Positions 25,866 through 38,197 of a DNA stretch of 64,000 nt are shown piece after piece (positions within the stretch are counted from its first letter, which is position 1; every line of letters begins with the position of its first letter). Both the position numbers and the translations under genes were made by a program. The DNA lies in contig NC_091282.1 of assembly GCF_032444005.1 (NCBI RefSeq), positions 1,153,324,001 through 1,153,388,000 on the forward strand, written 5' to 3'. The DNA comes from Ranitomeya imitator (taxonomy: Eukaryota). The notes beneath the pieces are model-generated. The model searched no databases. It was not told the DNA's origin and worked only from the letters and a program-made list of their open reading frames with translations.

Positions 25866-26682
25866 CAATCTCTTCTTCAACTCCTGACCTAGCTATTTCC
25901 TCCTGCCCCCTGCCAGAGATTTTTGTAGTGACTAATGGCTCATACAGTTAAAATGTACTTCTTGTTTATACATAGAGTTTAGGAGGATTCAACTAGTCAG
26001 TTTTTAATCATGTAATGTCATAGACCTAATGGAAAAGAGAAGAATTAGCTGGATAAAAGGGAAAAATGAGCAACTGTAAGCACAGAGAGCTATATAATAT
26101 GATGACTTCCATTTTAGTAAGAGGATACAAACTTTGATGGATAGAGTGCTTCCTTAAAAGGAAAATACAGTCAAAATAATCTTCCGATCATGCTGAAGTC
26201 TTGAAGGAAATATTAGGAAAAAACTAATTTTAAAACAGATTTTAACGTGAGTGTATATTTCTTTGTAATGGTATTTTTAATCTATATGACTGTGCACAGC
26301 CATCGTGCCTGAGCCTGAGTTGTCACTCACTTCTGCTAACAGCATTCAAAGCAATGGTTTATAGTAGTCACATAGACCATGTAAATCAAATGTTTTGACA
26401 TTTGAAGACATGCCCTGCGTGATCAGTGCAGAGATCATTGTGCAGGGAGGCGGAGGAGGATAACTGTGATCATCATCCTTATGGGAATGATGTGATCCTG
26501 TGTTTTATACAGATGCAGCATTTATTAGCATGACACAAATATCAAATTGCAAAAATGTATCATGGTAAAAATTAAATTGTAACTCGAGACATAACCAGAA
26601 GGTTCAATGGTTTGTGCTGTTTAAAGAGGAACTTTCACCAAACTTTTCATGTTGAACCGGACACAGGATGGATTAGTACATT

Positions 26683-27022
26683 ATACAAAAAAAAGGTTGC
26701 ACTCTATCATGCTAAAGCATGTCAATTTGGAATATGTGAAATTTGAATAGCAATATGGCTTTGGAGGATTGGGAAAAAATATGAGATGCTTAGCATAAAA
26801 TTTGGCCAAATATTATGTGCCCATCAACCAATGTCAAGGTGGTCTCAGCAACCCAACAGGCTGAGACCACCTTGACGATGGTTGATGGGCACAAAATATT
26901 TGGCCAAATTTTATGCTAAGCATCTCATATTTTTCCTAATCCTCCAAAGCCGCATTGCTATTCAAATTTCACATATTCCAAATTGACATGCTTTAGCATG
27001 ATAGAGTGCAACCTTTTTGTAT
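26683..27022. repeat. Near-perfect palindrome, ~165-bp arms, 10-nt spacer
   Basis: 26683..26849 versus 26860..27022; spacer AACCCAACAG; about 6 substitutions and 2 small indels. Confidence 0.95.
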
Positions 27023-27169
27023 ATTGAAATGGAGGTAGCTCCTCTTGGTATGCACCTATTCACACTAGTCTGGATGTGCCAGTCAGTTTTTTGTCTTTTA
27101 CAGGATGGAATAGTGGCTGCAGAGAGGAATAAAACTTATATTTTTTTGTATTTTGCCTTTCCGTTACAG

Positions 27170-27205
27170 AGATACCAGCAATCAAAGTATTTAGCACATT
27201 TTAAG
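27170..27205 (+). CDS. Candidate 36-nt host exon (RYQQSKYLAHFK, phase 0)
   Basis: Long pyrimidine tract ending ttccgttacAG, donor AAG|GTAACT, only one open frame. Confidence 0.3.
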
Positions 27206-27797
27206 GTAACTTTTGGTAAACCGAACCTGTCAGCAGGATTTTGCTCAGTAAACTATAGACTTTGTCAGGTTGACGCCGTTATACTGTTTAAAATGATACC
27301 TTAGTTGAAGAAATCCATCTTGTGGTTGTTGTGAGTTCTGTATTTGTAGTTTTCAGTTAGTGAGATTCTCATGCTTTGGGGCAGCTGTGCCGGGCTTAAT
27401 GTGATCCTTCAGTAACCTGCCCCATATTTGACATACTGTATATACTATGGTCGGTTTTTGAAAAAATAAATTTACATTGATCAAGATTCATCAAAATGGC
27501 GTCGGTGGGGGCCCATGTGCAGTAGCATGTATAGAATGTGCCATCGCAGCCCTGAGAGGAAGGCAACATGAAACGTGCTTTGGGCCTGCGGGCAGTGCAC
27601 CACACACAGGGCAATTATGGGTAAGAGTGCAATTATGAGTCCTTAACGTAATTGCATTGTGGGGCTGTTGGACCTGATATCCACTTGGAGTATGAATATA
27701 TTATCTATACATGCCTTTTATGTCACTAAATTTTGTCCTACTGCAAATAAACACCTTATGGTTTAAAACATTTAAGCGTCGGCACTTTATGTATTTA

Positions 27798-28115
27798 CAG
27801 TGCCTTGCGAAAGTATTTGCCCCCCTGGAACTTTTCAACCTTTTCCCACATATCATGCCACAAACATAAAGATACCAAATGTAAATTTTTGGTGAAGAAT
27901 CAACAACAAGTGGAACACAATTGTGACGTTGAACGAAATTTATTGGTTATTTTAGATTTTTGTGGAAATTCAAAAACTGAAAAGTGGGGTGTGCAATATT
28001 ATTCGGCCCCTTTACTTTCAGTACAGCGAACTCACTCCAGAAGTTCATTGTGGATCTCTGAATGATCCAATGTTGTCCTAAATGCCTAATGATGATAAAT
28101 ATAATCCACCTGTCT
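27798..28115 (+). mobile_element. Tc1 left-end fragment
   Basis: TA|CAGTGCCTTGCGAAAGTATT terminus typical of Tc1; no right end found. Confidence 0.75.
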
Positions 28116-29004
28116 ATATGAATTGCGTACTCTCCCTACCCTGATACAACATGTAATGCATGCTTTTATCTACCTAAGTCTCTGTTCTATTTTTACTTTG
28201 TTTGAATATATGTCCTTGATACTTTTTATCTTACATTTTTTGCCTTAAATTGTTTAATAAAGTGTATGTATTTTATTCTTGGACCATGTGCTCCATGGTT
28301 TTCGGCGTTAAAACCATAGTATATGCAGTATGTAAAATAAGGCACAGGTCACTGAAGCTTCAGTGACCTGTCATAAGCCAATACTGAAGAATACCTAATC
28401 AGAGCACCACAAGAAGACCCTCTACAGGCCGTCCTAGAGCACAAAAATCTCATTAACTGAAAACTACAAATACAGATGAAACAACAACCATAAGATAGTT
28501 TTCATCACCCCGGTTATCATTTTATTCAGTATAACAGTGCCAACCTGACAGTGTCTGTAGTTTACTGAGAAAAATCCTGATGACAGGTTTGCTTTAAGTC
28601 CTAATAGGTTTTATCAAATAGCGGATAAAAAGAGGGGTTGATTCAGCCTTCTGAATTTTTTGCAAAAAATGTATTAGATAGGAGAAGGTGCATATAACAT
28701 GTACAAAGATCAGTAAAAGGACCGCATAGCAGCAGGGCGTTTCAAACGCACATGGCGTTTTTTTAATTAAAAAATATCATATAATGTTTAAAAAGGTTCA
28801 ATGAGTAAACAAAAGGGGAGACACACAAATGGCAGGAGTAGATGGATAAGCCAAAAGACACATGATGTGAACAAATTCATTATATAATTCATGAACAAGT
28901 GTGTAATAGAGTTCACAAGATGAATAAAATAGATGGCTGAATAATGAAATATATATTTATAAATATCAATGTAAAAAATCAGCAATAGGCAATAAATATA
29001 TTAA

Positions 29005-30214
29005 CCCCTTACTGCCGTCTGACGTACTATTACACCGATGGCAGTATCCCCCGCTTTGATGTGGGCTGCGGCGGTGAGCCCACCTCAAAGCCAAGACATG
29101 TTAGCTGTTTTGAACAGCTGACATGTGCACGCAATAGGCATGGGTGGAATCACAATCCACCGGCACCTATTAAATAGTTAAATGCTGCTGTCAAACTCTG
29201 ACAGCAGCATTTAACAAGCGCTTCCGGCCATCCGGCCAGAAATGCGGGCAGAGGTGACCCCATCACATGATCGGGGTCATTGGTGCATCCGCATAACAAC
29301 CAGACGTCTCCTGCAGACCTCTGTGGTTAATGCCAGATTGCTGTGAACAATAAGCTGTGGTTGGCGCTCATAGCAATGCTGTAATTCAGCTACATAGAGG
29401 CGATCTGAGCATCACCTCTATGTAGCAGAGCCGATCAGGCATGGCAAAAGTATAAAAAAAATGTTTTTAAAAATATGAAAAAAATAAAGAAATATAAAAG
29501 TCCAAATAACCCCCCTTTTGCCCCATTCAAATTAAAACAGTAAAAAAAACAACCGTACACATATTTGGCATCGCCGCATTCAGAATCACCCAATCTATCA
29601 TTAAAAAAAAATTAACCTGATCGCTAAAAAAGAAAAAAATTCAAAACGCCAGAATTACTTTTTTTGGTCACAGCGACATTGCATTAAAATGCAATAACAG
29701 TGACCGAAAGAACGTATCTGCACCGAAATGGTATAATTAAAAACATGAGCTCAGCACGCAAAAAATAAGCCCTCACGCAGCCCAAGATCACAAAAAATGG
29801 AGATGCTACAGGTCTTGGAAAATTTCACAATTTAAAAAAAAATTTTTTTAGCAAAGTTTGGAATTTTTTTTTACCACTTAGATTAAAAATAACCTAGACA
29901 TGTATGATGTCTACGAACTCATAATGACCTGGAGAATCATAATGGCAGGTCAGTTTTGCATTTAGTGAACCTAGTAAAAAAGCCAAATTAAAAACAAGTG
30001 TGAGATTGCACTTTTTTTGCTTTTCCACGGCACTTGGAATTTTTTTCCCGTTTTCTAGTACACGACATGGTAAAACGAATGGTGTTGTTCAACATTACAT
30101 ATTGTCCCACAAAAAATAAGCCCTTACATTTTCTTATTGATTGCAATATAAAAAAGTTGTGGCCCTGGGAAGGAGCGAAAAATTAAAATGCAAAACCGAA
30201 AAAAGCTCCGGGGG
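29005..30214. mobile_element. Non-autonomous piggyBac-type element, copy 1
   Basis: TTAA|CCCCTT...GGGG|TTAA; homologous along its length to 52695..53944. Confidence 0.85.
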
Positions 30215-30631
30215 TTAAGTGATTAAAGAATAGATAGCTAAATGTTGCAAATCATATACATAAATAGCAATATGACTGTATCAATAAGTAATTCATATAT
30301 AGGTATCATGACGAAATGTAACAATGAAATGCACTTCGGTCTCGGTGCCATTCCAGCAGGAGGAGATGAATTCACGTTTGTTACTTGATCTGACATACTC
30401 TTCTATTTAAATAACTGATGCCTGTTATCACAGTCACATAGGTACCAATATATGAATAGGTTTGAGAAGGGGTTGTTAGAGCAGTGGATAACCCCTCTAA
30501 AGCATAACTTCACTTTCACAAGAAAATTATTATAGCAGTATAATTATTTTTCTAGATCACTCTATTAATGATTACTGCTGATAACTCGCAGTACAGGCTA
30601 CCTGAAATTTGTGTTGGTGGATACCTTAAAT

Positions 30632-30950
30632 CAGGGGTGGGAAACCTTTTTTCTCACAAGGGCCATTTGAATACTTTTCCGTCCTCCGAGGGCCGTACAA
30701 ACTCCGTCCACAAAGTACATCCTGACTCTCTCACTGGTTTCAGGACGTAATCTTTCATTGCATGACCTTCAATGTTCAGTAGTGAACATTGAATGTGTGT
30801 GCTAACAGAACAAGAAGAAATGAATGAGCTGGTGGCAATCAAAATTCAGCTCCCTGCCCAAGAATGCTCTCCCTGAGAATCTGCTCAGGCGTCTGATTAA
30901 AGGACGTCAAGGGCTGCAAATGGCCCTGGGGCTGAGGTTCCCCACCCCTG
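30632..30950. mobile_element. hAT (Charlie-like) MITE
   Basis: TIR CAGGGGTGGG / CCCACCCCTG; perfect 8-bp TSD CCTTAAAT. Confidence 0.92.
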
Positions 30951-33900
30951 CCTTAAATTAACCAGCATCATTCCTGTCACTCTTCTGTGGGGGAGTGACC
31001 ACTGGAAAATCAGATGACTACTCTTGCAATAAACATGATATCTCACAGCATAGACTTTGGGCAATCCATGCTGCGGGCTATTGTCACAAATTGCGAAACA
31101 CAGTCCTACACAATAATAATTTTGAATAACTTTTATAATGCAGAGTCCTAAACAATAATAATTTTCTAGTGAAATTGTAGGTAATATTATTATATTATAA
31201 GTCTGCTTCACTTTTAGAGTTAACTTAATATAAGTGCATTGTTAAAAAGATAAAATACAAAAAAAGCGTGAGACTTATGACCTTAACCCTATAGCATATC
31301 ACAATATACTGTCAATAAGAATTTCCTTATCTGGTATACTTAACTGCTCAACAGTTCTCAGTAAGCAAATCTGAGACTTGACTTATCTGATTGTTAAGAT
31401 GCCGTCAGCTTCTAAGGTGAATTGATTGGTAAATTAGTTAATACTTCTGTAGAAGGTTTAAACACTAGTTATATTGACATCAGTTTGCTTCAGAGCTGTA
31501 AGGAAGGATTGTGCCTCAGTGCTACCTAATTTGCAGCTAAATAACTGTATTAAGGTTTTTATTAAAATTGCTCAAAAAGCTCTTATGAGTTATGATCTAT
31601 TGTTTATAGATCACATACAATGCATAATTTATTATTAATTCCCATAAAGTATCAATTAAATCGCTTTTCAAATCCTATGTCTAATATCATTGTTCAACAA
31701 ATGTTCATGAATTCTTTGTTAATGAATTCAAATGAAGTTATTTACATTTCTATGTGACCATAGGAGAACAGAATATTACCATATCACTAAATCTTTAGCT
31801 CTAGTTTTTAAAATAGGAGATGTGGGGCAATACAATTGATGAAATGCAGAATTCTTGGTTACAAGGGGAAATTTTCTAAAACCTTCCACGCATTTATTGG
31901 GAAGGGTTATGACAAACTATCATTACATGGGTCAAAATACATAATAAATAACTAAGTAACTACATTTATTGCAATTTCAAGTTGGGCACTTTCTCTTCGC
32001 CTGCCATTTGTACTGTAGATTTTGAGCGTATCTCTTGATTGTCCAGCAGTAGTCTCTTCACATTGCCAGGCTCCATTTCCTTTCATACCTTTTCTGAATG
32101 GCAGCAATGTCGTGATGGAATCTCTCACAACCATATCCCTCACCTGTCTGACCTCAGTTAGATCACCACTAGCACTATGAGACAAAGTCTCAAGGCATAG
32201 CGCTGAGCTCAATGAGTTCACCGCAGTTCACTGTAAGAAATTTCTCAATGAAAACCGTGGAGTACTCAATGAGCTCAGCGCTTCACTGTGAGACTTTTTC
32301 TCACAATGCTAGCTCTGATCTCACTGAGGTCACCACAGTTCATCAGCCCAGCTCACATGCAAGTGAGCTGGGAACACAGCATCAATGACATGTGGTAACC
32401 TCGATGATGTCACCACTAGTCAATGATGCTGCACTCATTGCAACTCATTCTCCTGTGGTCTTCATCCTGGACAGTTGAATATTGGCATCATCCAGGTTTT
32501 AAACTACTTAGTGCAGACATGGATTTTTTTACAGGAGACCATGGATTCAATGGAAGAGGCGTTTGGTGAGTATTATTGTTGCTTATTATTTTCTGTTTGT
32601 TGCAGGGGGTGGTGGCTTCAATGGAATGGGTGTAAGGTGCATATAACTTTGTTTTTTATTTTTAAATAAAAAAGTAAAATGGTGTGCATTTTTTAAATGA
32701 AGGACTTTATTCTGGCTATGTGATTTGTACACTTTGACTATGAGGTTAGTAATGGAGAGGCATCTTAAAGACGCTTCCCACTTCTAACTTGTGGGCTGGA
32801 TATCAGCAGACATAAAAAAGCTGACACATCCCTTAAATATTAACCCCACTTACGATCGCACCAGGGCAATTGGGAAAAGCCGGGAAAAGTGCCAGAATTG
32901 CCGTATCTAATAGGTGCACCTTTTCTGGGGCTGCTGCAGGCTGCTATTTTTAGTCTGGGGGTGGACAATTTCCATGGCTCATTTCTAGCCTGAGAATATC
33001 AGCCCTCGGCTGTCTGCTTTAGATTGGCTGGTTGTCAAAAATGATGGGGTTAACTTACTCCATTTTTTTACATTATTTATTTAAATAATTAAATAAAACA
33101 GTTGGACCCCTCTATTCTTGATAACCAGTTATGATAAAGCTGAATGCTGAGTATTGAAGCCCCAAGCTATCAGTTTTGCCTGGCTGGTTATCAAAAATAG
33201 AGGGAAACTAAAGCCATTTTTTTAAACGTATTTATTGATAGTGCAGGTGCCGGCTGATGAATACACAAATCAGCCACCAGCTACTGTTGCTGTTATCAGC
33301 GACAGCAGGTGTAGGCTGATGGGTGTAGTAATCTCCCATTAGCCAATGCCTGTGATCTGAGGTAAACTTTTTACCACCAGTCACAGCTGCTGGCTCATGC
33401 TGTCATCTGACAGCATGGAAACCATAGCGCTGACTGTTGGTAATAATCTTACCGCCGATCAGAGTCGCATGTGTTTCTTGTGCTGTCATGCAGATGGCAG
33501 CATGGGAGACACCCAATATTCAGGTGTCGAACCCAAACAGTAACATGGACTTCCTGGAGAAGTCTGTGTTCAAGCTCTGTGCGCGAACAGTGCATGTTAG
33601 GTCCAGCCCCTGAACAATAAAATTTGGGTTTGACCTTCTCCAGTTAAGAAAAGTCTGATCAATATAACGTAAATTCATCTAATCGGTAACCTGCATGAGA
33701 AAAAAAAATAGAAACTCCCAAATAACATTTTTGTCTGCTGCAACATTGCAATAAAATGCAAAAACACAATTAAAACATTGCATCTACTATCAACATAGTG
33801 TGAAAAAAAATAATCTCAAGGCGCAAAAAATAAGCCAGCCCCAGATCCCCCAAAAATGGAAACACTATGAGTCTCAGAAAATGGCAACATAAGCCATTTT

Positions 33901-34063
33901 TTTTCTTACAAAGATCAGATTTTTTTCACCACTTAACTCTACGTCAGGAACAACTGATCTGACAGAGGCAGTTTTATTTCTCCCCCTCACCAGATTGTCA
34001 GGAAATTCCCACCCCCCAATTCCTTCCTAACTCTTGATGCTGTATAAAACCTGATATCACAGT

Positions 34064-34341
34064 GGGCGGCATGGTGTTGCAGTGGTTAGCACAGCAGCCT
34101 TGCAGCGCTGGAGTCCTGGGTTCAAACCCCACCAAGTAACATCTGCAAAGAGTTTGTATGTTCTCCCCGTGTTTGCGTGGGTATCCTCCGGGCACTCCGG
34201 TTTCCTCCCACATTCCAAAGACATACTGATAGGGAATTTAGATTGTGAGCCCCATCGGGGACAGTGATGATAATGTGTGCAAAAATGTAAAGCGCTGCGG
34301 AATATGTTAGCGCTATATAAAAATAAAGATTATTATTATTT
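34064..34341 (+). mobile_element. tRNA-derived SINE, same family as 24976..25273
   Basis: A and B boxes (B box GGTTCAAACC), identical L2-type tail and (ATT)n. Confidence 0.92.
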
Positions 34342-34561
34342 GTATTGCAGAGACTCAGGAGAGCAAATATAACTGTGCCGGCTTCTCAGACACATTGTTC
34401 CCGAACATGTCACACTATATATGGTTGTTATTTTATGTTTTTAGTCATCACAATTGTTATTTAGCTTGTTTTATGAATAGACAGTGCAACATTTGTGAAT
34501 ATTTCATAGAAGTAAGTAAGGTTTTCTTACAAATGAAAGCGTGCTTCTCAGGCACAATGTT

Positions 34562-34591
34562 CCCTAACACATATTCTCTCTTTTGCTTCAG
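34562..34591 (+). promoter_or_regulatory. Canonical 3' splice site upstream of the piggyBac transposase
   Basis: Branch point CCCTAAC (34562-34568), pyrimidine tract ttctctcttttgctt, CAG ending at 34591; ATG 13 nt downstream. Confidence 0.55.
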
Positions 34592-34604
34592 ATTATTTGC
34601 TGAA

Positions 34605-36330
34605 ATGAAGAGGAAAATGTATGATGTGTCAAAATCCCTTCATGTTGATGAAGTGAAGATGCTGTTAGATGATAATGATGATGCAGACCCCACATTGCAT
34701 CAGGATTTAGGAGAAGAAAGTGAGATTAATTCTCATGATGAGGTGGAAGTATGTGAAATTGATTCTGAAACAGAGCAAGATGATGAGAGTGATTAGGATG
34801 AAGAAGATATAAAAACATATTATATAGGAAGAGATAAAAAAAACAAATGGAGCAATATGCCACCCACACAAACTAAACGTAGGGAACCTCAAAACATTCT
34901 CACTCACTTTCCTGCAGTTAAAGGAACAGCAAGAAATGGTAAAACTGCAGCTGAATGCTGTAATAGTTTATTCACAGATGGCATTCTGGACTTTATTGTC
35001 ACATACACAAATCAATATATAGACATTAGTGTTGAGCGATACCGTCCGATACTTGAAAGTATCGGTATCAGATAGTATCGGCCGATACCCGAAAAATATC
35101 GGATATCGCCGATACCGATATCCGATACCAATACAAGTCAATGGGACATCAAGTATCGGAAGGTATTCTCATGGTTCCCAGGGTCTGAAGGAGAGGAAAC
35201 TCTCCTTCAGGCCCTGGGATCCATAGGGATGTGTAAAATAAAGAATTAAAATAAAAAATATTGATATATTCACCTCTCCGGCGGCCCCTGGACATCACTC
35301 TGCTAACCGGGAGGCTTCTTTGTTTAAAATGCGCGCCTTTAGGACCTGCGAATGACGTCCCGGCTTCTGATTGGTCGCGTGCCGCCCATGTGACCGACAC
35401 GCGACCAATCAGAAGCCGCGACGTCATTCGCAGGTCCTTAATTCCTAGAATTAGGAGTTTTTGTGAATGAGAATGACGTCGCGGCTTCTGATTGGTCGCT
35501 TGCCGGTCACATGGGCGGCACGCGACCAATCAGAAGCCGGGATGTCATTCGCAGGTCCTAAAGGCGCGCATTTTAAACAAAGAAGCCTCCCGGTTAGCAG
35601 CGTGATGTCCAGGGGCCGCCGGAGAGGTGAGCATATCAATATTTTTTATTTTAATTCTTTATTTTACACATCCCTATTGATCCGATACCGATACCCGATA
35701 TCACAAAAGTATCGGATCTCGGTATCGGAATTCCGATACCGCAAGTATCGGCCGATACCCGATACTTGCGGTATCGGAATGCTCAACACTAATAGACATT
35801 ATAAAGGACAAGTTCATCTGCAACAGAATCATCAAGCCCACAGATGAAATAGAACTGAGAACTTTTTTTGGATTGTTACACCTTGCAGGAGCTTATAGGG
35901 CAAATTGACAAAGTTTGGAGGAACTGTGGAGTATAGATGGTGATGGAATAGAAAATATAGCCTTGTTATGTGTTTAAAAAGATTCAAGATTCTTATTAGC
36001 TGCCTTCGGATTGACGACAGAACTACCCGAACCCAACGTAACACATGTGACCGGCTTGCTACGATTCGCGATTTGTTCCAAAATTTATTGAAAACTATAA
36101 GAAAAGCTATTGCCCCAGGGAGAAAACGCTATTGGCGAAATGCTCCCTGCTTTCGTGGCAGATGTGCATTTCGTCAATACATAGCAAATATGGAATTAAA
36201 ATGTATGCCCTTGATGCCAGGAAGACCTACACATGCAACCTTGAAATGTAAGCAGGAAAACAGCAAGAAGGTCTATACCGTGTCAGCAACAAACCCAGTG
36301 TTGTTGTGAAAAGAATGGCTGAGCCCATAT
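34605..36330 (+). pseudogene. piggyBac transposase remnant, interrupted by a hAT MITE and truncated at the 3' end
   Basis: Acidic N-terminus; SLFTDGILDFIVTYTNQYI; TDEIELRTFFGLLHLAG; RFKILISCLRIDD; FRGRCAFRQYI; stops and frameshifts. Confidence 0.9.
35027..35791. mobile_element. hAT MITE (longer copy of the 8389..8948 family, opposite orientation)
   Basis: TIR TAGTGTTGAGC; perfect 8-bp TSD ATAGACAT (35019-35026, 35792-35799). Confidence 0.95.
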
Positions 36331-36331
36331 T

Positions 36332-36623
36332 TGGATTTTACAATGTAAACTTATGGGAAACCAAAAACGCTGTGCCCATGCTGCGGAAAAAGCCGCGCGG
36401 AAACGCAGCGGATTATTTTCCGCAGCATGTCAATTCTTTGTGCGGAATCCACAGTGGATTTCCATCTGCTCCAATAGAAAACTGCAGATTGAAAACCGCA
36501 GTAGAATCTGTATTAAAAATCGCGATAAATCCGCAGTAAAAACCGCAGTGGTTTTGTACTGCGGATTTATCAAATCCGCTGAGGAAAAATCTGCAGCGGA
36601 TTTTTCTACGTGTGCACATAGCC
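36332..36623. mobile_element. Harbinger-type MITE, right part only (family of 1456..1828)
   Basis: Right terminus GTGTGCACATAGCC|TAA; interior homologous to 1545..1700; left end missing. Confidence 0.7.
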
Positions 36624-37385
36624 TAATAGGTACTGACAATGCAATTTTAAATTATCTAACCTATATATAAATTAGGGGTGAGAATTTCCTACAAGGAAAT
36701 ATTGCAAATTGTGTAAAATTTGGAACAAAGTGAAAAGTTAAGTTCAATCCAAGGTGTTTAAGCTGTGCACCTGGAAGTATACCAGCACAGTTTTCAAATT
36801 ATAAATACTGGTGTGTCAACATTTCCTAGTAAAATACAATTTTCTTTATTAAGAAAAAGGAAAATTACTTTCAAATATGTAACAAATAAGTCCGCTACAT
36901 CTGATGGAAGAATTTTTATGTTATGCTTGAATAAATAACATTGTATTTTATTTCACAATAAGTTGATCATGACAACAGTTTTTTTTCTAATGAAGGGTTA
37001 GAGTTTACAAATTCTGTGAAGCTATCAGCTGTTTGATTGTTCAGCTGCTTACGTAGTTTTCAGTGTAGATTTTTTGAGGCTAAAAAAACACTATAAAAGG
37101 AATGGTATAAAACACGATTTTTGGTGCATTTTTTTGTGTTTTTTTTTTGTTTGTCGTGCTTTTTTGTTCCTTTTTCTCTTGATTGCATTAATAAATCCTG
37201 AGCTTTTTTAATCAGAAAAGTCTCAAAAATTAACCTCATTGATATATTTCTGACAAAGTGGAAATAGCCTTCAGCATATTCTTGAAGGCCATGTTGCCCA
37301 TTGTATTTGAAATGGTTTTTAATATGGATTTTGGGGCGTAAACTCAGTAAACATATGTATATAATCTGAAAATCCTGCTGTAGCA

Positions 37386-38197
37386 TGTATTAGGGTTGGC
37401 GGATTGCACTGAATAAAAATAATAATAGAGTGCAATCGCATGCAGAGATGTAAAACTGCTGCTAGCGAGCAATGGCGGAGCTAACCTGCGAGCGATCACC
37501 TTAGATACACTGTTTTAAATGTGGCACAGTGTGAACTGAATTCAGAGTACCCGGTTCAACTATTCCCCGAGAGTTACTGCTAAAGAAAGCAAGCTACTAA
37601 GCCCAGTTAAATGTCACAGGGGAAGTAAACTCGTGGGTTGAACTCACTCTACAACTAAGCGGTGCTAGCCGCACACATGGATGAAGCATATGCTGGGTCA
37701 AGGAAAAGGCTCATTTGACGCTACGAACAAAACTCTGTCGCTTACTCAGAGAAGTAAGGCCTAAGGGTTGAACTTGCTCTGTAACTCAACTTTGCTAACC
37801 GCACACATGAAGGAAACAGATGTCAAGCCAAGAGAGAGTTATCCTGTCCAAACCCTACCTGCCTACACGTATAGTCTCTGTGCATAGAGCGACACACACC
37901 TGGAAACACATAAGTGATACTAGTGCGCTCGCTTGCGCTGCTGGGAGTCTTTTATACCCTAGGCTCCACCCCAAACACTCACACCCAGTCGGCCAAGACG
38001 TTTCACTCGGACTAATCTGGACCTGCCTCCTCACCAGAGCAGCAAATGTCAGAACACCAATGAGCAGATGCCACATCACGGACATACTCAGTCTGGTGAA
38101 CTCTGGACTTAGATTCCCAAGCATCAGGTTGCAGCTGCATCATGCTGGTTACCATAGACTTGGCTGGAAGACCAGCAGCAACCAAACAAATATCACA
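37386..38197. mobile_element. LTR-like segment
   Basis: TG...CA ends, flanks AGCA / AGCT, GC-richer than its flanks; no coding region. Confidence 0.4.

Larger units (their letters stand above)
24697..26153. mobile_element. Kolobok/T2-type MITE hosting L2 and SINE insertions
   Basis: TTAA on both flanks; termini AGAAGCAC...CCATCAAA and TTTGATGG...GTGCTTCC; ~150-bp imperfect inverted arms. Confidence 0.7.

Noticed and set aside
30325-30360. Another possible hammerhead remnant (minus CCTGCTGGAATGGCACCGAGACCGAAGTG)
   Set aside because: Too many core mismatches and no convincing stems.
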